This document shows, one piece after another, positions 12,194-25,239 of a stretch of 64,000 bases of DNA; the stretch's first letter is position 1; each line of letters opens with the position of its first letter. The stretch is from Pelomyxa schiedti (lineage: Eukaryota > Protista > Evosea): assembly GCA_020536535.1 (NCBI GenBank), contig JAHLWZ010000041.1, positions 1 through 64,000 on the forward strand. The letters are read 5' to 3'. The translations under genes were made by a program, and so were the position numbers. A model generated the notes under the pieces. The model ran no database searches and was not told where the DNA came from. It saw only the letters and a program-made list of their open reading frames with translations.

Positions 12194-12674
12194 TGTTCCT
12201 CCTTCCAGTGGCTTGTTCTGTTTTTATTCTCAGCACCCTTGTATGAAATGTATATACAGTTATCTGGTGCTTTGCGTACGTTCCAACATGAGAACCGAAA
12301 CGAAACAAAGAAAATAAGCGAAGGTGCAAACCAAGTTTTTATTTTTCCCCGGATCTACGGGCGGAACGAAAACAGATTAAAATTCTTAACAAACACACCA
12401 GCGTAAACCGCAGTAACACCAGATCTCGTTTCAACAAGTTTCCCGAGAGTAGTACACAACAGCATAAGGGACATCGTTTTGTGGGGAGATCTGCCGCATC
12501 TTCGTTTTTCTTTCTCTTTCCCGTTCTCGAACGACACCACGGCTAATACAAGCACCAGTCATAGCAAACACAACAACCCACTCATAGCGAGTACAGACAC
12601 ACCTGACTTCTCCGCCCACAACAGAGCTTTCCCTCCTCCTCTCCCACCACTCCTCAGAATAGAGGCGTAAGGGC

Positions 12675-15600
12675 ATGGACACACGCACACCAGCAAACAC
12701 TACCGCAACCACAACGAATGAAAACGGGACACAAGACCAACAGGTAGAGCAAAGCACACAAGAGGGAGAAAAACCTCCTAATGTTACTTCTCAGCCACCC
12801 CAGGGCATCTTAACACCGACTTCTTCTACCATTGCCGCTGCTCTCGCTGTTGTTGCTCGTATCCATGGTGACTTGCAACATGTTGTCAATCTGCTGCGTT
12901 CTTGCCATGGAACGTCATGTTTGAAGTCACTTGTGTACAATTTCGCACAGAGTCTGGACACCACACCCCATATCCCATCTGGTGTGAAATCCGAGGTCCC
13001 CTCTTCTACTGATGAGGATGACCGATTGCGTTCCTTGAGTGACCAGCGTGTATTAGCACACTTCACTGGGATTTCATCTGAGGCCTTAGTACTCTTTGCA
13101 GATTTAGTCCTCGCGGGTCAGGATCCAACCCAAGAAACCAAGGCAATTTCACAATTAGTTTTTGGTTTCACTAACCTAAACAGGAATTAATTGCTCACAA
13201 AATTGGAGTGTCCTGGTATGTCATTGATGTTCTTTCTCAGTTGTGTGCCTTGCGCAACTTGTGTACATGCCACTGGGATTCCCTGCAACAAGTATGTCAC
13301 TGACATGACTTTAAGTCTTAATACTCTTCAGATCTGGGCTCTTCTTCCAGACGAATTGACACCTTCCCAACAAGGCACTGTATTATTGGACCTCCGGCTA
13401 CTTTTGGGCAATTTGAGTGGAAACCAAGTCACTCAGTTGCGCCAAGAAGTCCTTACCCAGGCTCCTGAGAGGCAACTGTGGTGTATGCAACAACTGCTAC
13501 GTTTGCATCCCAAGCACTGTTACTTGTACCAACCAATATACCGTTTCTTGTGCTTACAAATGGATGCCATGCTATTAGTAAAGGTTTCTTCCCTCAAAGC
13601 AAAGGACCCGTTCTTATATGCACCCAGAACTCACTTCTCCTGTTGACTCCCGTTCAGATGAGCCAGTCCATTCAACTACTTCGGTCAGAATCCTTGGTAA
13701 TACTTCTAAACACACCAGTAGCTTACTCTTAGTAGCGCTTGGAAGTCAATCTTATGCTGGGGAATTTCGACACAAATACAATGACTCTGCAACACCTTTC
13801 AAATCAAAGTTCTGCAGACCAAATTACTCTTCTTAAGGCAGAGCAGCAAATAACTCAAAACCAAATTGCTGAACAATTGCAAGTTTTAGAGCAGCTCATT
13901 CAACAACCTCATTCCGGAGATGGCCAGCATTTAAAACCATCTTCCAATAGCCTACAAGTAGTAACATCCCCAAGCTCGTCTCCCCTCCAGAATAACGAGT
14001 GTGTCTCTTATTTCCTCCCCTTCTTCTGAATTGAATTTTAGTGATAGAACTGCTACTTCTTCTAATGGGAGCACCCCGAATACATCAGGGTTCGGAAGTC
14101 AGTTGATTGATACAAGCTTCTTACTCTATACAGACGCTTAAGTCTTCGGATTGTAGAGTACCCTTCTGAAAAATCTGTGTATAGAAGAAATATTAGACCT
14201 CATCCGTCTGTTGTTGTTAATGGAGATTGGAGCCACTACGACCTGTCACAGTTAGTTGTTGCCCCTGTTCTTGTAAGGTACGGCACCAAACTCTTGTACC
14301 TTTCTTTGACTGTCACAGGTGTGATCAAAATATTGCAGAACAGAAATTGACAGGAAATGCACCCTGTCCTGTTGAACCAAGTAGACTAATTGTATTCCGA
14401 AAACTTAAGGTCTAACATAAACTATCCCTTTCATACTGACCATGCTTTAGATTTTAGCAACCTCACACCAAATGGGGGAGACCTTATTTGTCTTACGTTT
14501 TGAACTGCGGCAGTGCTACAGTCCTAATGAGTACCGTGTATTGGATACTGTGTGCACTCGCCCAATTGTTGTTGTATCTCACTCGACGCAATTGAAGCCA
14601 GGTCTATATACAACTTACTACACAGTTCCTAACTATTCTCCTAGCATTGAGTACTCCACCAGCCATCTGTGAAGTTGTGCCATGTACTGGGCCGATCACG
14701 GGTGGCACAAAGGTTGCCATATTGGGCAAAAACTTCGCAAATTCTCCGATGACCAAGTATACTCCGCAACCATATCTTTTTTTTACTTATTCATCAGAGT
14801 TCGCTTTGATAACATTGAGGTTTCTCCGGAGTTTTATGGTCCCTCCACTTTGATATGTACCACTCCAGAGCATGCTCCCGGCATGGTTGCTCCTCTTTTA
14901 ACATATACGTCACTCACACATCAAGATTTCTGTACGAGTATGCAACGCTTCCCCTGACTGGTCTTCCAGTGCGGCCTCTTTTACATATGAAGCCAAAAAA
15001 AAATCTTTACTAAAACCTCCTGGTTCCTCTATGCTTGTTACAAGAGCTCCACTTGTAACTGAATACACAAGACCAGATATTAACACAGCAAAACCTACCA
15101 CAGCAGTTGCACCACCCAAAGAACAATCGAATTATTCTGTGAGTGGTGTGCCAAAGTCTTCATGCAATGCCGGTCCCAGCTTCGAACCATCTAGCCCCAC
15201 AACTGACTTGGGCACCTTGGCAGAGTCTGGGGAAATACCTTTTTCCTCTCCATCGTTTTGCAAACTCCCTCAAGTTACTTGTACCGATAGTGACCTTGCT
15301 CTTCTTGAAGGAGGAAATAACATCACGACAGACCCGGAAAAAAACACTCCTCTTCACTGGGCAATGGCCACAGGTTCTGTTAAGGTAGTTAATAGCTTGA
15401 TTGAACATGGAGCTTCTCTTGATGCCCAGAATTCATTTGGAGAAACACCCTTGCACTATGGAGCTGGTTGCCCGTCCACTGTGTGTGGAAACTTGAGATG
15501 CTGTGAGATTTTGCTTGATGCTGGGGCTGATCCAACAATCACCTCTGCTTGTGGTCATACGGCGTTGCATTATGCTGCCGCTCACGGCAATGTACCTGTT

Positions 15601-16241
15601 GCGCGGTTGTCTTCTTTCTCCTTGTATCTTTAATCTAAATTTAGCTTAATGATATCCTAGTTTTTACTAACTCTCGCAGATTGCTACTTGAGCATGGAGT
15701 ACACCCTGACTTGACTGATGACGAGGGTGAAACTGCCCTGCACATAGCAACTGTTGAAAATCGTCGTGGCATTATTCGTGCTATTCTTTCTGCTGGTGGC
15801 AATCCCAATTGTGCGAACGCGGACGGGGAGGTACTTACCATCACTATTGTGTATTGTCTCACGCATGTCAATAGACACCCCTCCATGTAGCCGTTGCACT
15901 CGGCGAAAGGTCCACGGCGGACTTCCTTGTGAGCCTTGGTGCTGTGACTACTGCTGTGGATTTATTTGGTTTCACACCCTACACACAGCCAAGGATTGTC
16001 ACGCTTCCTAACAGGCAAACTGGACGATCTAAGACTGGTTTGTTTTCACTTTAAACTAAAAAAAAGCTACCCAGCATAACTAAACTTAGCTCTAGGTAAA
16101 GTTCCCAACAGCAAAGCATCGATTACAATGACAACCAATTCTCTTGTGTCACCACTATCTGATTCAGTTGTATCAGTACAAGAAAAGGCTACAGTGACTC
16201 GCCGTGTTGACCAACCAAACACGGCAATCCTCGCCATGTGA
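12675..16241 (+). CDS. Putative transcription factor: Ig-fold (p53/RHD/STAT-like) domain + IPT/TIG + ankyrin repeats
   Basis: LRIVEYPSEKSVYRRNIRPHP...FRKLK|ILATSHQMGETLFVLRFELR...PIVVVSHSTQLK at about 14150-14610; TIG PAICEVVPCTGPITGGTKVAILGKNF...VRFDN...LICTTPEH at about 14660-14885; about 5 ankyrin repeats (TPLHWA, TPLHYG, TALHYA, TALHIA, TPLHVA). Confidence 0.8.
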
Positions 16242-16489
16242 CATCTCTACTGTGTAAAACAGCTTCTAAAGGAAACAAAATCCTTTGTGTGTTTTGGTGG
16301 CCTTTCACTTTGATCAATGAAACTTCCAACTCCTCGATGTAGAAACACGGCAGGAGGCCCCGGTGCCCTCTGAGCTTAATCAATTCGGTACTCAGGAGGT
16401 TCAACTCCGATTTTTTTAGAAGTCACGATTTTTTTTTTTCGTTTTAGTTTTTTCAAAAGCAAGTAACTAGAGAAAAAAACAAAAAAAAA

Positions 16490-18786
16490 ATGAGCGTTAA
16501 GAACCTTATCGCTGGACCACCTGAAATCAGACGGGAGGAAATTCACTACAACCCGTCCACTGACCTTTTAGGTGGCGGTGCTTATGGTGACGTCTTCAAA
16601 GGTATTTTTTCGGTGCTTGTGTGGTTTCGCCCCTGTCATACCACTTGCTCCTGGCACGAACTTAAAACGAAACGCTCTACGTACATAAGAATTAAAAAGA
16701 AAAAAGGGAAAAAAAAATTAACCACAAACCAAAACAGCCCAAGTGTCTGGTATTCCCGTTGCTCTCAAGGTCCCAAAGAAACAGGAATGGTCCAGCCCGG
16801 AAGAGCTTGCCGCTTTCAAGGAGGAAGTAGCTATTTTGAAGTGCGCCCTCAACCCTTTCTTTTGCCGAGTCGTCTAACAACAACCCAGGAGCATCTTCCA
16901 CACTAATGTCGTTTTATTCCTCGGTACCTCGATTTTGCAGTCCTTTTTGTTTGTTTCGCGGTCGCCTAATCAACCGCAGGCGCTTGCACAGCTACAGGTA
17001 ATGTGATGATCGTTTTGGAGATGATGCGCACGGACTTGGATAAAGTCCTACATGAGCCTGAGAACTTGCCCCCCGACATTCAAAAGTTCATGCCTCTCAC
17101 GTTGGCAAAAAAACTTAAACTTGCTCATGATACTGTATGACAAAGGGGTTTTGTGCCTGTCTAAATCGCACAAGGTTCTCGGAATAGCATGGCTGCACAA
17201 TATCTCCAACGTTGTTCACAGGGATCTTAAGCCTGGTATGGTGCTCTTCTTCGGTTTCCAGCATTTCACATTCTTTTCAGCCAACTTGCTTCTTGACGAA
17301 AATTTCCGAGTCAAGGTATCTGATTTTGGCTTCAGCCAATTCTTCCATCCAGCAAAAAAACACATCAGTAGCAAGGAGCCTGTCAAGGGGACCAGTTACC
17401 TTTCTTGCTTGGTTGTGTAATAGAATTCTAATGCGCTCTTAGAGTTGTATCTAGCCCCTGAAGTGTGGCACTCAACACCGGCCTCGACTGCGTCTGATGT
17501 GTATGGCTCGGTCTTACAGTAATACAACTCACTTTTAAAAGATATGCGTTTGGGCTAATTCTTTGGGAGCTGTACACAGAGGAAGAACTGTTCTCTCAAT
17601 ACAGTGATGTCGACCCCTTCTATCGTGAAGTCATAGTTGGGGGTGTAAGGCCGGCTATACCCCCCTATGTTCCCAACCCACGCGCACCTGCCAATACTCC
17701 TGCCATGCCCACGCTTCCATCCTTGGTCCGTTTTGATTATACTTGATGTTTTTTCCCTCATTATCTACTCAAAGGCCGACCTGATGCGACGGTGCTGGGA
17801 TCCCAGACCTGAAGTGGTATGCAAGATGACTCAAGCCTACAGTACATCTCACTTGTCTCTTCAAGCGCCCCAGTATCTCTCAGGTGCTTGTTCAACTTGA
17901 AAGTATTATGATCGAGTCTGTTGTTGCTGCTCCCTCAGGCAGAGCCTTCTGGAAGAAGCACTTTGGGTCCACAAGTGGGGTAATTTTAACTCACTCCTTC
18001 TCTCTTCTTTAACAAACTGGTGACAGGCCAACTCCGGTTTGCAACTGATGGTTTCGTGGGAGGCATTTGCAGCTGCAGTATCGGCTGAAACTGGCGTACC
18101 TACCACTGCCTTCCCGCACATTGAAAAGTTGGCTTGTGGTGAGAACTGACCGTTTATATTCCTGAACTAAATCTCGCAAAGAAACTGGTGGTGTTGAAGC
18201 CACGCGCTTTGACCTGCTTCAAAAGTGGTTTGGTGACTTCTTTGTCACAGGGAAAACGTTCATTCTTGCTGAAGTAAGCCCTTGTATCCCTCAAACCACT
18301 TTAACCCAACCCCATTGTAGATGAACAACTTGGCTGCTCAAGAGTACCGACCCATTCTTTTCTTTCAGCACAGAAGTAACATTTACCACTTTATGTAGTT
18401 GGTTCAATGGATGGGTGCAGGCCACTGAAGCTGAGCTATGGTTGGATAAGCGACCCTCTGGCACATTCCTTGTTCGCCTGAGCACTAATTCACCAACCCA
18501 GAATCCGGTCACAATTTCCCGACGCCAAGTCAATGCCGCCGGAGTGGTAGAGACACACCACCGACGGTTTGTATCCCTCTCACCCGGTTCTTTCTGCTGA
18601 ATTACTCACAGTGCCACCCGTGTTTCCTATGACCATGTTCAAGGCAGATACGCTTACCAGATCGCACAACCCAAGGCTGCCACCATTATGCACCCTGACT
18701 TGGTATCCCTGGTTGAGGAACTCATTGCCAACCACGAGCTCACTACTCCCTGCCCCTTCTGCCCCTTCGGTCTCAATTACTCCTAA
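16490..18786 (+). CDS. TKL protein kinase with C-terminal SH2 domain (amoebozoan SHK family)
   Basis: LGGGAYGDVFK, VALK, VVHRDLKP, VSDFG, LAPE, RCWDPRPE; SH2 WFNGWVQATEAELWLDKRPSGTFLVRLS. Confidence 0.9.
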
Positions 18787-18842
18787 AAAAGTGTTTTGGG
18801 AAACTGAATACATGCTTCAAATAAACAGTCAATTTGAAGCTT

Positions 18843-19560
18843 CTATGGACAAGCGGTTGTCCCTTTGCAGTGGTTTGGGCTTTTTGCTGGTTGAAATTCT
18901 GAGGTTCTTATCGGGGTGCCCTCGACGGCCATTAAGTGGTAGTAGCATCTTCCGTGCCTAGGTCTACTGAGCAGTAACGGCAACGCCCCTGGACTCTCCA
19001 AGTAATTCAAATGTACCTCCTTCAGTGTCACGTGGAATTTGTGGATCAGCCATTCGGCACTCTTGTCTTGTTTGAATTCAGCAATTCCATCAGCACATGA
19101 TTTGTTCATTTTAACCTGTTGCTTGCGTTCAAGTGGAATTCCCTCGAGAGACCTTTGGCAATGTCATGGGAAGTCAAGTTGCCATGTGTCAGGAATTCCT
19201 TCCCCAGTGAAATTGTTCCACAGGTTGGCCTCAAGGCGGCTTCAAGGGCCTCTTCCATGAGGTCTTGTTGACATCACCCACTCTACAACTGCACTGTACA
19301 GAAGGCTTCTGTGAAACCTTCCTGCAGTGGTCTTCCAACTGTCCCATTAACTCAGAGTCATCTGCAGGCCCCGCGCACTGCGGCGGGAAGTACCGCGACG
19401 TTGCTCTAAGCATGACTGCCTTTTCCGACTGACGTACAGTTGTCCACGCAACTCCGCTTCCCCCCACGACCCGGGCACGAGGGGAAACATAGCCTCTGTG
19501 CGCGGCACATCGAGGCGGCGCTGCACACCTCTCCCATATCATCGACACCCAAACAACGGT
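18843..19560 (-). pseudogene. Frameshifted remnant of a lineage-specific helical-repeat protein family, paralogous to 23800-24260
   Basis: Pieces in alternating frames (GNLTSHDIAKG, REFHL, ELLNSNKT, SAEWLIHKFHV) align by eye with CGLSSEDIVKG, HHFHL, LMASGKTK, CAEWFIREYRV in ORF 23802-24212. In-frame stops and frameshifts are present. Confidence 0.5.
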
Positions 19561-19644
19561 GTCGCGCGTGCTCAAAAGAAAAAATAAGTAGGCGTTTTCC
19601 CAGCAGGTGTATTTTGGCCACACTCGAGTCAGGGAGTGTTGAGG

Positions 19645-22600
19645 CTAGCACCTCACATAGAAAAGTAGATAAGCATCGGCTGCTGATGCGTTGGCACCGG
19701 AAGAAACGTGGGTGTCGCTGAAGTGATGCCAGTCTCCTTCATCCACAGACACAGTGGCTGTGTAGTGGCCTCCAGTCATGGATCCATGGTGTTCAACAAT
19801 TCCGTATCTGTGGGGTGTGTGAACAAAGTCAATAACAGGAGAGATACACACAATCTGTATGTGGTGGATCCCGTGACGGACTCCAAACAATAGGGAGATA
19901 AGTCCAATGTCATCGGGTAGCTGACGAAATCATTTATTTTACTGAGCCGGCCACTAGGACTTTGCATGAATCGTTTTACGTGAATAATTAAAACCTATAT
20001 CTGTGGTGAAAATAAAAGCACCAGAATTTCTGAATACCGGAGGTAGCTCTTGCAAGATAAACTGCTTAGTAGCAATTACGAGTGTACCCTTGGGAGGAAT
20101 TAAAACGGTCAAACGTGAAGTGTGCCACGTTAACCTTCTTGCTACCTTGAGCTTCGGAGCACTTTTTACATTGGAATTTGTTAGAACCACTCAAAATTTC
20201 GGGATCTAGTTTGAAGTCAGTGTAAATTTTCCGATTAACAAAAGAAACGGAAAAGGAGTGGAACAAATGATACCCGTGAAAGATTTTAGGCATCCCTCCA
20301 AACTGTAGCCAGGTCTTTGTGGTGGCGCAGCCCGGCGTAAATCGTATTTTAACCGTGGAGTGGTGGATGTGGGTTGTGCTGCTGCTGAACTTGTACAAGG
20401 TGGTGTGGCTGTAGTCTGTGATACTGAAGATGTGATGGACTCTGCTCCAGGAATGGATTGGGGTGGTGGAATTGTGGTGTTGGTTGAGGTTTCATCTTCA
20501 AGTGAAGAAGCGACAACCGATGCTGTCCCCTCACTTGTAACAGTCCCAGTAGTATGTAGGGCAGTGAAAGTGGTTTCTGAGGGAATCGAAGAGCACGAGG
20601 CACTTGGTTCGGAAATTGCCACTTGCGCGGGTGGGTCTGTTTTTATAGACTCGATAGAAGAATCACGAGCAGTCTCGAGAGAAGCATCACGAGCAGTTTC
20701 CGTGGGTGGTGTATCTTGTTGTGCAGTGTTGGGTGATGTATTTTGCAGTATCTGATTCGTAGGGTTATCTGGATTGGAGGATTGAATATCTTGTCCTTCT
20801 TGCGCCTTGATATTCAGTGAAGCCACCGTTGGTGAGGAATCCTCGGGTGCTACTCCTTTCTCTAAATCACTGGCAGTGTCAGGTTGCTTTCCATTTGTGT
20901 TTGATTGTTCGGCTGTGTCTTGCGTAGCTTCTGTTGTTTCAGTGGTTGTACTTGTTGTTTCACTGACTTCTTCCTCTTTTTTGGAGTTCGATTCTGCATC
21001 GGAATCGGAGGAAGTTGTCTGCTTGTGAGTTTGTTTCTGCTTCAATGTTAATGCGGTTGCAAAATTTTATTTATCAATACCCTGCCTCGCTGCTTCATCA
21101 TTTTTTTCAATTTCTGGAACTCAGTGAATTACACTACTTTATTTCATGCTAAATAAATACATGTTTACTTTGACGTCTGGCTGCCCGATTATTAGGGTAG
21201 GGTGGGTCCTCAGAAATGGCCTGCTGCTGAGTTCGTTCGAATTGCTTTTTCTTCTGAAACAAAATGTTACAGACAGATCAACTTGTACATCCCTCACCTC
21301 TTTTTTACTTAAATTGTACGTTTGCTCCTCTTCTCGGTGCGGGATTGGAATGGGTAAAGAGAGGTCAAGAAAGGCATCTTTAGTGAGTGAAACCTATTTT
21401 CATCAGGGGTAGAAAAAGAAGGGATGAAATACCGTGTTACATATATGGCAGGTCACAGCACTGGCAAGAAATCCACCGAACACCTCATCAACAAATGTGC
21501 GTGGGGGAGGTTGTGGAGGTTCCTTGGGAGTGGATGACTTTGCAGACGCACCGCCACGCTTAGTGTTAACAGGTTGGGGATCACTCTGTGGTATCCCCCT
21601 AATTCTGCAAATCTCTTCTCTCGCAATTCCATCAAGAAGATAGTGCAATAGCTAGAAATGGAGTAAGTTAAAGCGAAAAAAAAAAAGGAAAACCTCGTGG
21701 GAGTCTTGTTGTTGAAATCCCCTAAACCTCGGTGCACTAAAAAAACAGTGTCATTGCAGAATAAAGAAAATGAACAACTTGTACCGCTTGCAAATATTTG
21801 AGAACAGTGCTCCAGGAGAGAAGGTAGACCCACTGCCATTCCACATTGTGGCAAGGAAGTCAGCAAGGGACATTGTTAGAGGACCTTGCATTGGTGGGGT
21901 GTGGATATCTGTTCCTGCAACCGATCCAACGAACAATTTCACAAGAGGCAGAGTATGGGCTAAGTTCTGAGTCGTTTAGAGTGAGTATCTAGCAGTGAAA
22001 AAAGGCGAAGTGCACACTTGCATTACAGCATTGAAAAAACATGTGTTTCCCATGTTTGACAGGCCTTTGACACCAATCAACGTTTTTCTTGTTGGAGCGT
22101 CGCTTCCATGTTTAGATGTAATCTTAGACTTCGACGAAGATGAAGAAGCCGGAGATGAAGTAGATGGGTCTCTCTTTGGTTTTGGAGAAGCTGCACTAGT
22201 TCCACCACTTGGCTTTCCTTTGGTAAACGAAGCTAATACTGCCAAACAGTCATTAAGTTGTACAGCACTATCAGCAGGTATATATGCGTCACATGCGTAG
22301 CACCTCAGTGTAGTAGTTAGTGATTTGACGCGTTCAGAGCAGTTGTACCAGCACTCAAAGGTCGTGTTATTTACAACAATACTGTGTTTCTTTTGATCAT
22401 TGTAGTGATCTTCTGCATGCGCATCTGCATTTCGTCCACAGCCTACATGCCCACAGCACAAACAAATCCAGAGTGGCTTTGTGAGGGAGTCAGTTTCTGA
22501 ACCAGAATGAAACAGTAGAGATATAGTACTTGTTCATCTTTGGGCAATTTTCTGTGAGCTTTTTGGCAATCCTGTGTTTGGATGTCAGAGGCAAACTCTA

Positions 22601-23001
22601 AATAGCTGAGTGAATACCAAGCATTTGTAAGGTGAGTTAAACAAGAAGTACTGCTTCACGTTATTGGCGATTGCAAACTTTCTAGTAGAGCTCGCTTAGG
22701 AATGGAGGTCCCGAAGTGGGGAAATTAATAGTATTTCTACGCTTCTTCGCGATTCTCACATGTGAGGGCAAGCATCGCCGTCCTGCGGCTGAACAACTGC
22801 CGATGCGTTTTCTGTGGGCGACGTTTCGGCACTTGCACCGTCGCAGTTCGTGTTAGTTGTTTCCGTGTCGGGAGTAACCGCGGGCAGAGATGAGACCGTG
22901 AGCGACGGAGGAGGTGCTTTCCGCCGTTGATTATTGGCGTTGTTATGACCACCACTCTTGTTGTTGAAAGATCTAGAGATCCTAGGTGTGTTACGACCCA
23001 T
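19645..23001 (-). CDS. Ubiquitin carboxyl-terminal hydrolase with zf-UBP domain (USP16/USP45-like)
   Basis: zf-UBP CPH...CLCCGHVGCGRNADAHAEDH...CWCYACD; Cys box GLSNMGNTCFFNAVMQ; QQDSHE; His box HHGSMTGGHYTA...FSD...AYLLFY. Confidence 0.92.
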
Positions 23002-23084
23002 GTGCCAACCCACAACACTTAAATACGAAATTGGATTACGCTTTTCCGAAAAAAAAACAAAAGGGGTGTATCCCGCGGGATACA

Positions 23085-24500
23085 CCAGACTTGGAACCAG
23101 AATCAGAGGAAGAATCGGAACCCACTGAAGAGGGGGAAGGGAGGGTCACAGCATGGTGTCACCATAATAATGACTGCACCTCGCTGCTGCTGTTTCTGGT
23201 TGCTTGTGGTTGTTGCTGCGACATCACTGGGCGATGGGTATTTGAGGTCCTTGCTGTTTATTGTTGGGGGGTCCTGAATTGGAGGTTGGTTCTGGGCCGG
23301 TATTATTGTTGCGGTTCCAGGACAAAGTTATAGACGTGGTCCACGTGGGTGATGTGTGGTTCACAAAGGGTGGTTGGGAGGTACCATCCCCTGTTGGTAG
23401 TGATGGTGTGTGGTGATTGCAGGGACTGCTGCGGTTGCATTTGTTGGACACTGAGATCTAGTATTGGGTGATCGGGTGTGATTTCGAGAACTGACTCTAT
23501 TTTGGGCTCTGTCGTTGACTTGCTCTTAATAATAATAACCATTGGAATGGCTTTGGAGACGGGCATCTGTTGTGTTGTATTAGTAAACTGATCCAGCTGT
23601 GAGAGTGGTAGCACACTTCCAAATGCATTGGACAGTAGCCGGAGCAGTGCCACGTCCATTGTAGTACGCAAGAACACTGTCACCCGCTGTAGGTCGTTCA
23701 GTGAGCACTGCTGTCCAGTTTACATTAGAATTGTAGAATTCGGCCCAAAGCAAATAGAATGATGCTCGGCGTACTGTTGTTTTCGTTAGCTTGCATTCCT
23801 TTTACGTTTCAATTGCAGCCGCAGTGATGCCGAGCCTCTGTTTTGTCACACGAATGTGAAGCGGCTGTGAAAAATGTCTGAGTGATGTTGAAAGAGTAAC
23901 ACCCATTGGAACGCGGTATTCACGTATAAACCACTCCGCACATTTTGTTTTGCCACTTGCCATCAAAGAGTTCAGCAGTTCTTCGCCTATATACCTCACC
24001 TGATGCCCACTCAAGTGAAAGTGATGAATGAAGCACTTGATGACTTTTCCAGAGAGGATTGACGGAGCGAGTTGTAAACCTTTTACAATATCTTCTGAAG
24101 ATAACCCGCAATTTGAAAACTGAAGCTTCGCCTTGGAAATATTTTCGTAGGTGCCGGCATACCTAATGTCCTCTGACGTGATGGGTATTGTGAACATTTT
24201 TCGCAAAGCCAAGGAGGAACAACAACAAGTGAGTGGAACGAATGCAAAACTGGTGCCTCCTATGGGTCTTGTTGTTCCTGTTTCTCATAATGTTCCTCCG
24301 CTTCTGCTTCCTGTTCATGTTCCTCATGTTCTTCTTCCTCTGGGAATCATCTGGTGCTGCGGGTGTTCATCATCGGGCCTGATAACCCCACACTCGCGCA
24401 GTGCTTGTATAAGAGCCGGAATACTTGGTCCCTTGATGCCCGAGGGCACGCTGTACATGCCAGTTTCCGGTGTGAAGTGAACTCTGTTGTTCAATTAGTT
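23085..24500 (-). pseudogene. Degenerate lineage-specific gene with multiple stops and frameshifts
   Basis: Open pieces at 23802-24212 and 23303-23683 are separated by stops that are not explained by GT-AG introns. The acidic segment at 24260-24350 changes frame. Confidence 0.45.
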
Positions 24501-24559
24501 GTGGGTGAAAAGGGGGGATCACAACATACCTGTCTTTACCAACTGCTTGTGACAGTCTG

Positions 24560-24870
24560 ATACACCAGACTTGGAACCATAATCAGAATCAGAATCAGAA
24601 GAAGAAGAAGCGGAAGGAAGGGTCACAACATGTTATCACCATGGTGACTGCACCTGTTGATGAGATGACATCACTGGGCGATAGGAATTTGAGGTTCTTT
24701 TTGTGGTGCTTGCAGGACGCTGAGAAGGAGTATTTATTGGGGTATCGGATCCTAGTTTGGGCTCGGGTAGTTGATTTGCTCTTAAAAATAATAACCATTG
24801 GATCCAATGGCTTTGGAGATGCGGGCATCTGTTGTTGCTTAATTAGTAAAATGCTCACTCAGCTGCGAGA
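24560..24870 (-). repeat. Partial, diverged duplicate of the 3' half of the 23085-24500 locus
   Basis: Shared blocks: gatacaccagacttggaacca (about 23080 and 24560), gggtcaca..catg..tcaccat, acatcactgggcgat, ttgctctta.aataataaccattgg and aatggctttggaga..gggcatctgttg (about 23520-23575 and 24775-24835). Confidence 0.8.
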
Positions 24871-25239
24871 ATGATCACTGTCACTTCCAAAATGCATCCA
24901 TCCATCGTACAACCAGCAGTGCCCCGGCAAAGGGATGAAAAAAAAAAACTTGGTGGTCTTGGATTTCCCACTCTTCTTCGATGGTGGTTCTAACATGTTC
25001 CCAAAGTTCGCGTTCACGTGACACGACATCACTCCCACAAGTGCATAATCACGAACAGACACGGCGGCAAACGTAACGCACGTCACGCGGTCGAGCTTCC
25101 TTCGAACACAGACGTGACGTTTCCTTCCTTTTTTTTTTTTGATGGGGAAGATGTGATGAAAGAACGGATCGCAGTTCTGGTGTTTTTTTTTTATTCAGAA
25201 GAGAGCTCTTTTTTTTTTGTTTTAGGCTGTTTATTTTTT

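Noticed and set aside
13143-13183. Possible non-canonical GC-AG intron (AAG|GCAATT...CTAAC...CAG)
   Set aside because: A GT donor nearby (about 13158) could also be used, and I could not reconcile the downstream frame by hand. Needs RNA-seq.
19100-19300. Selenoprotein or TGA read-through (in-frame TGA at 19242-19244 and 19164-19166 on the minus strand, and a tempting KSG*C reading)
   Set aside because: Homology to ORF 23802-24212 switches between frames, so frameshifted decay explains the stops better. I recognised no SECIS, and TGA, TAA and TAG all terminate real genes in this window.
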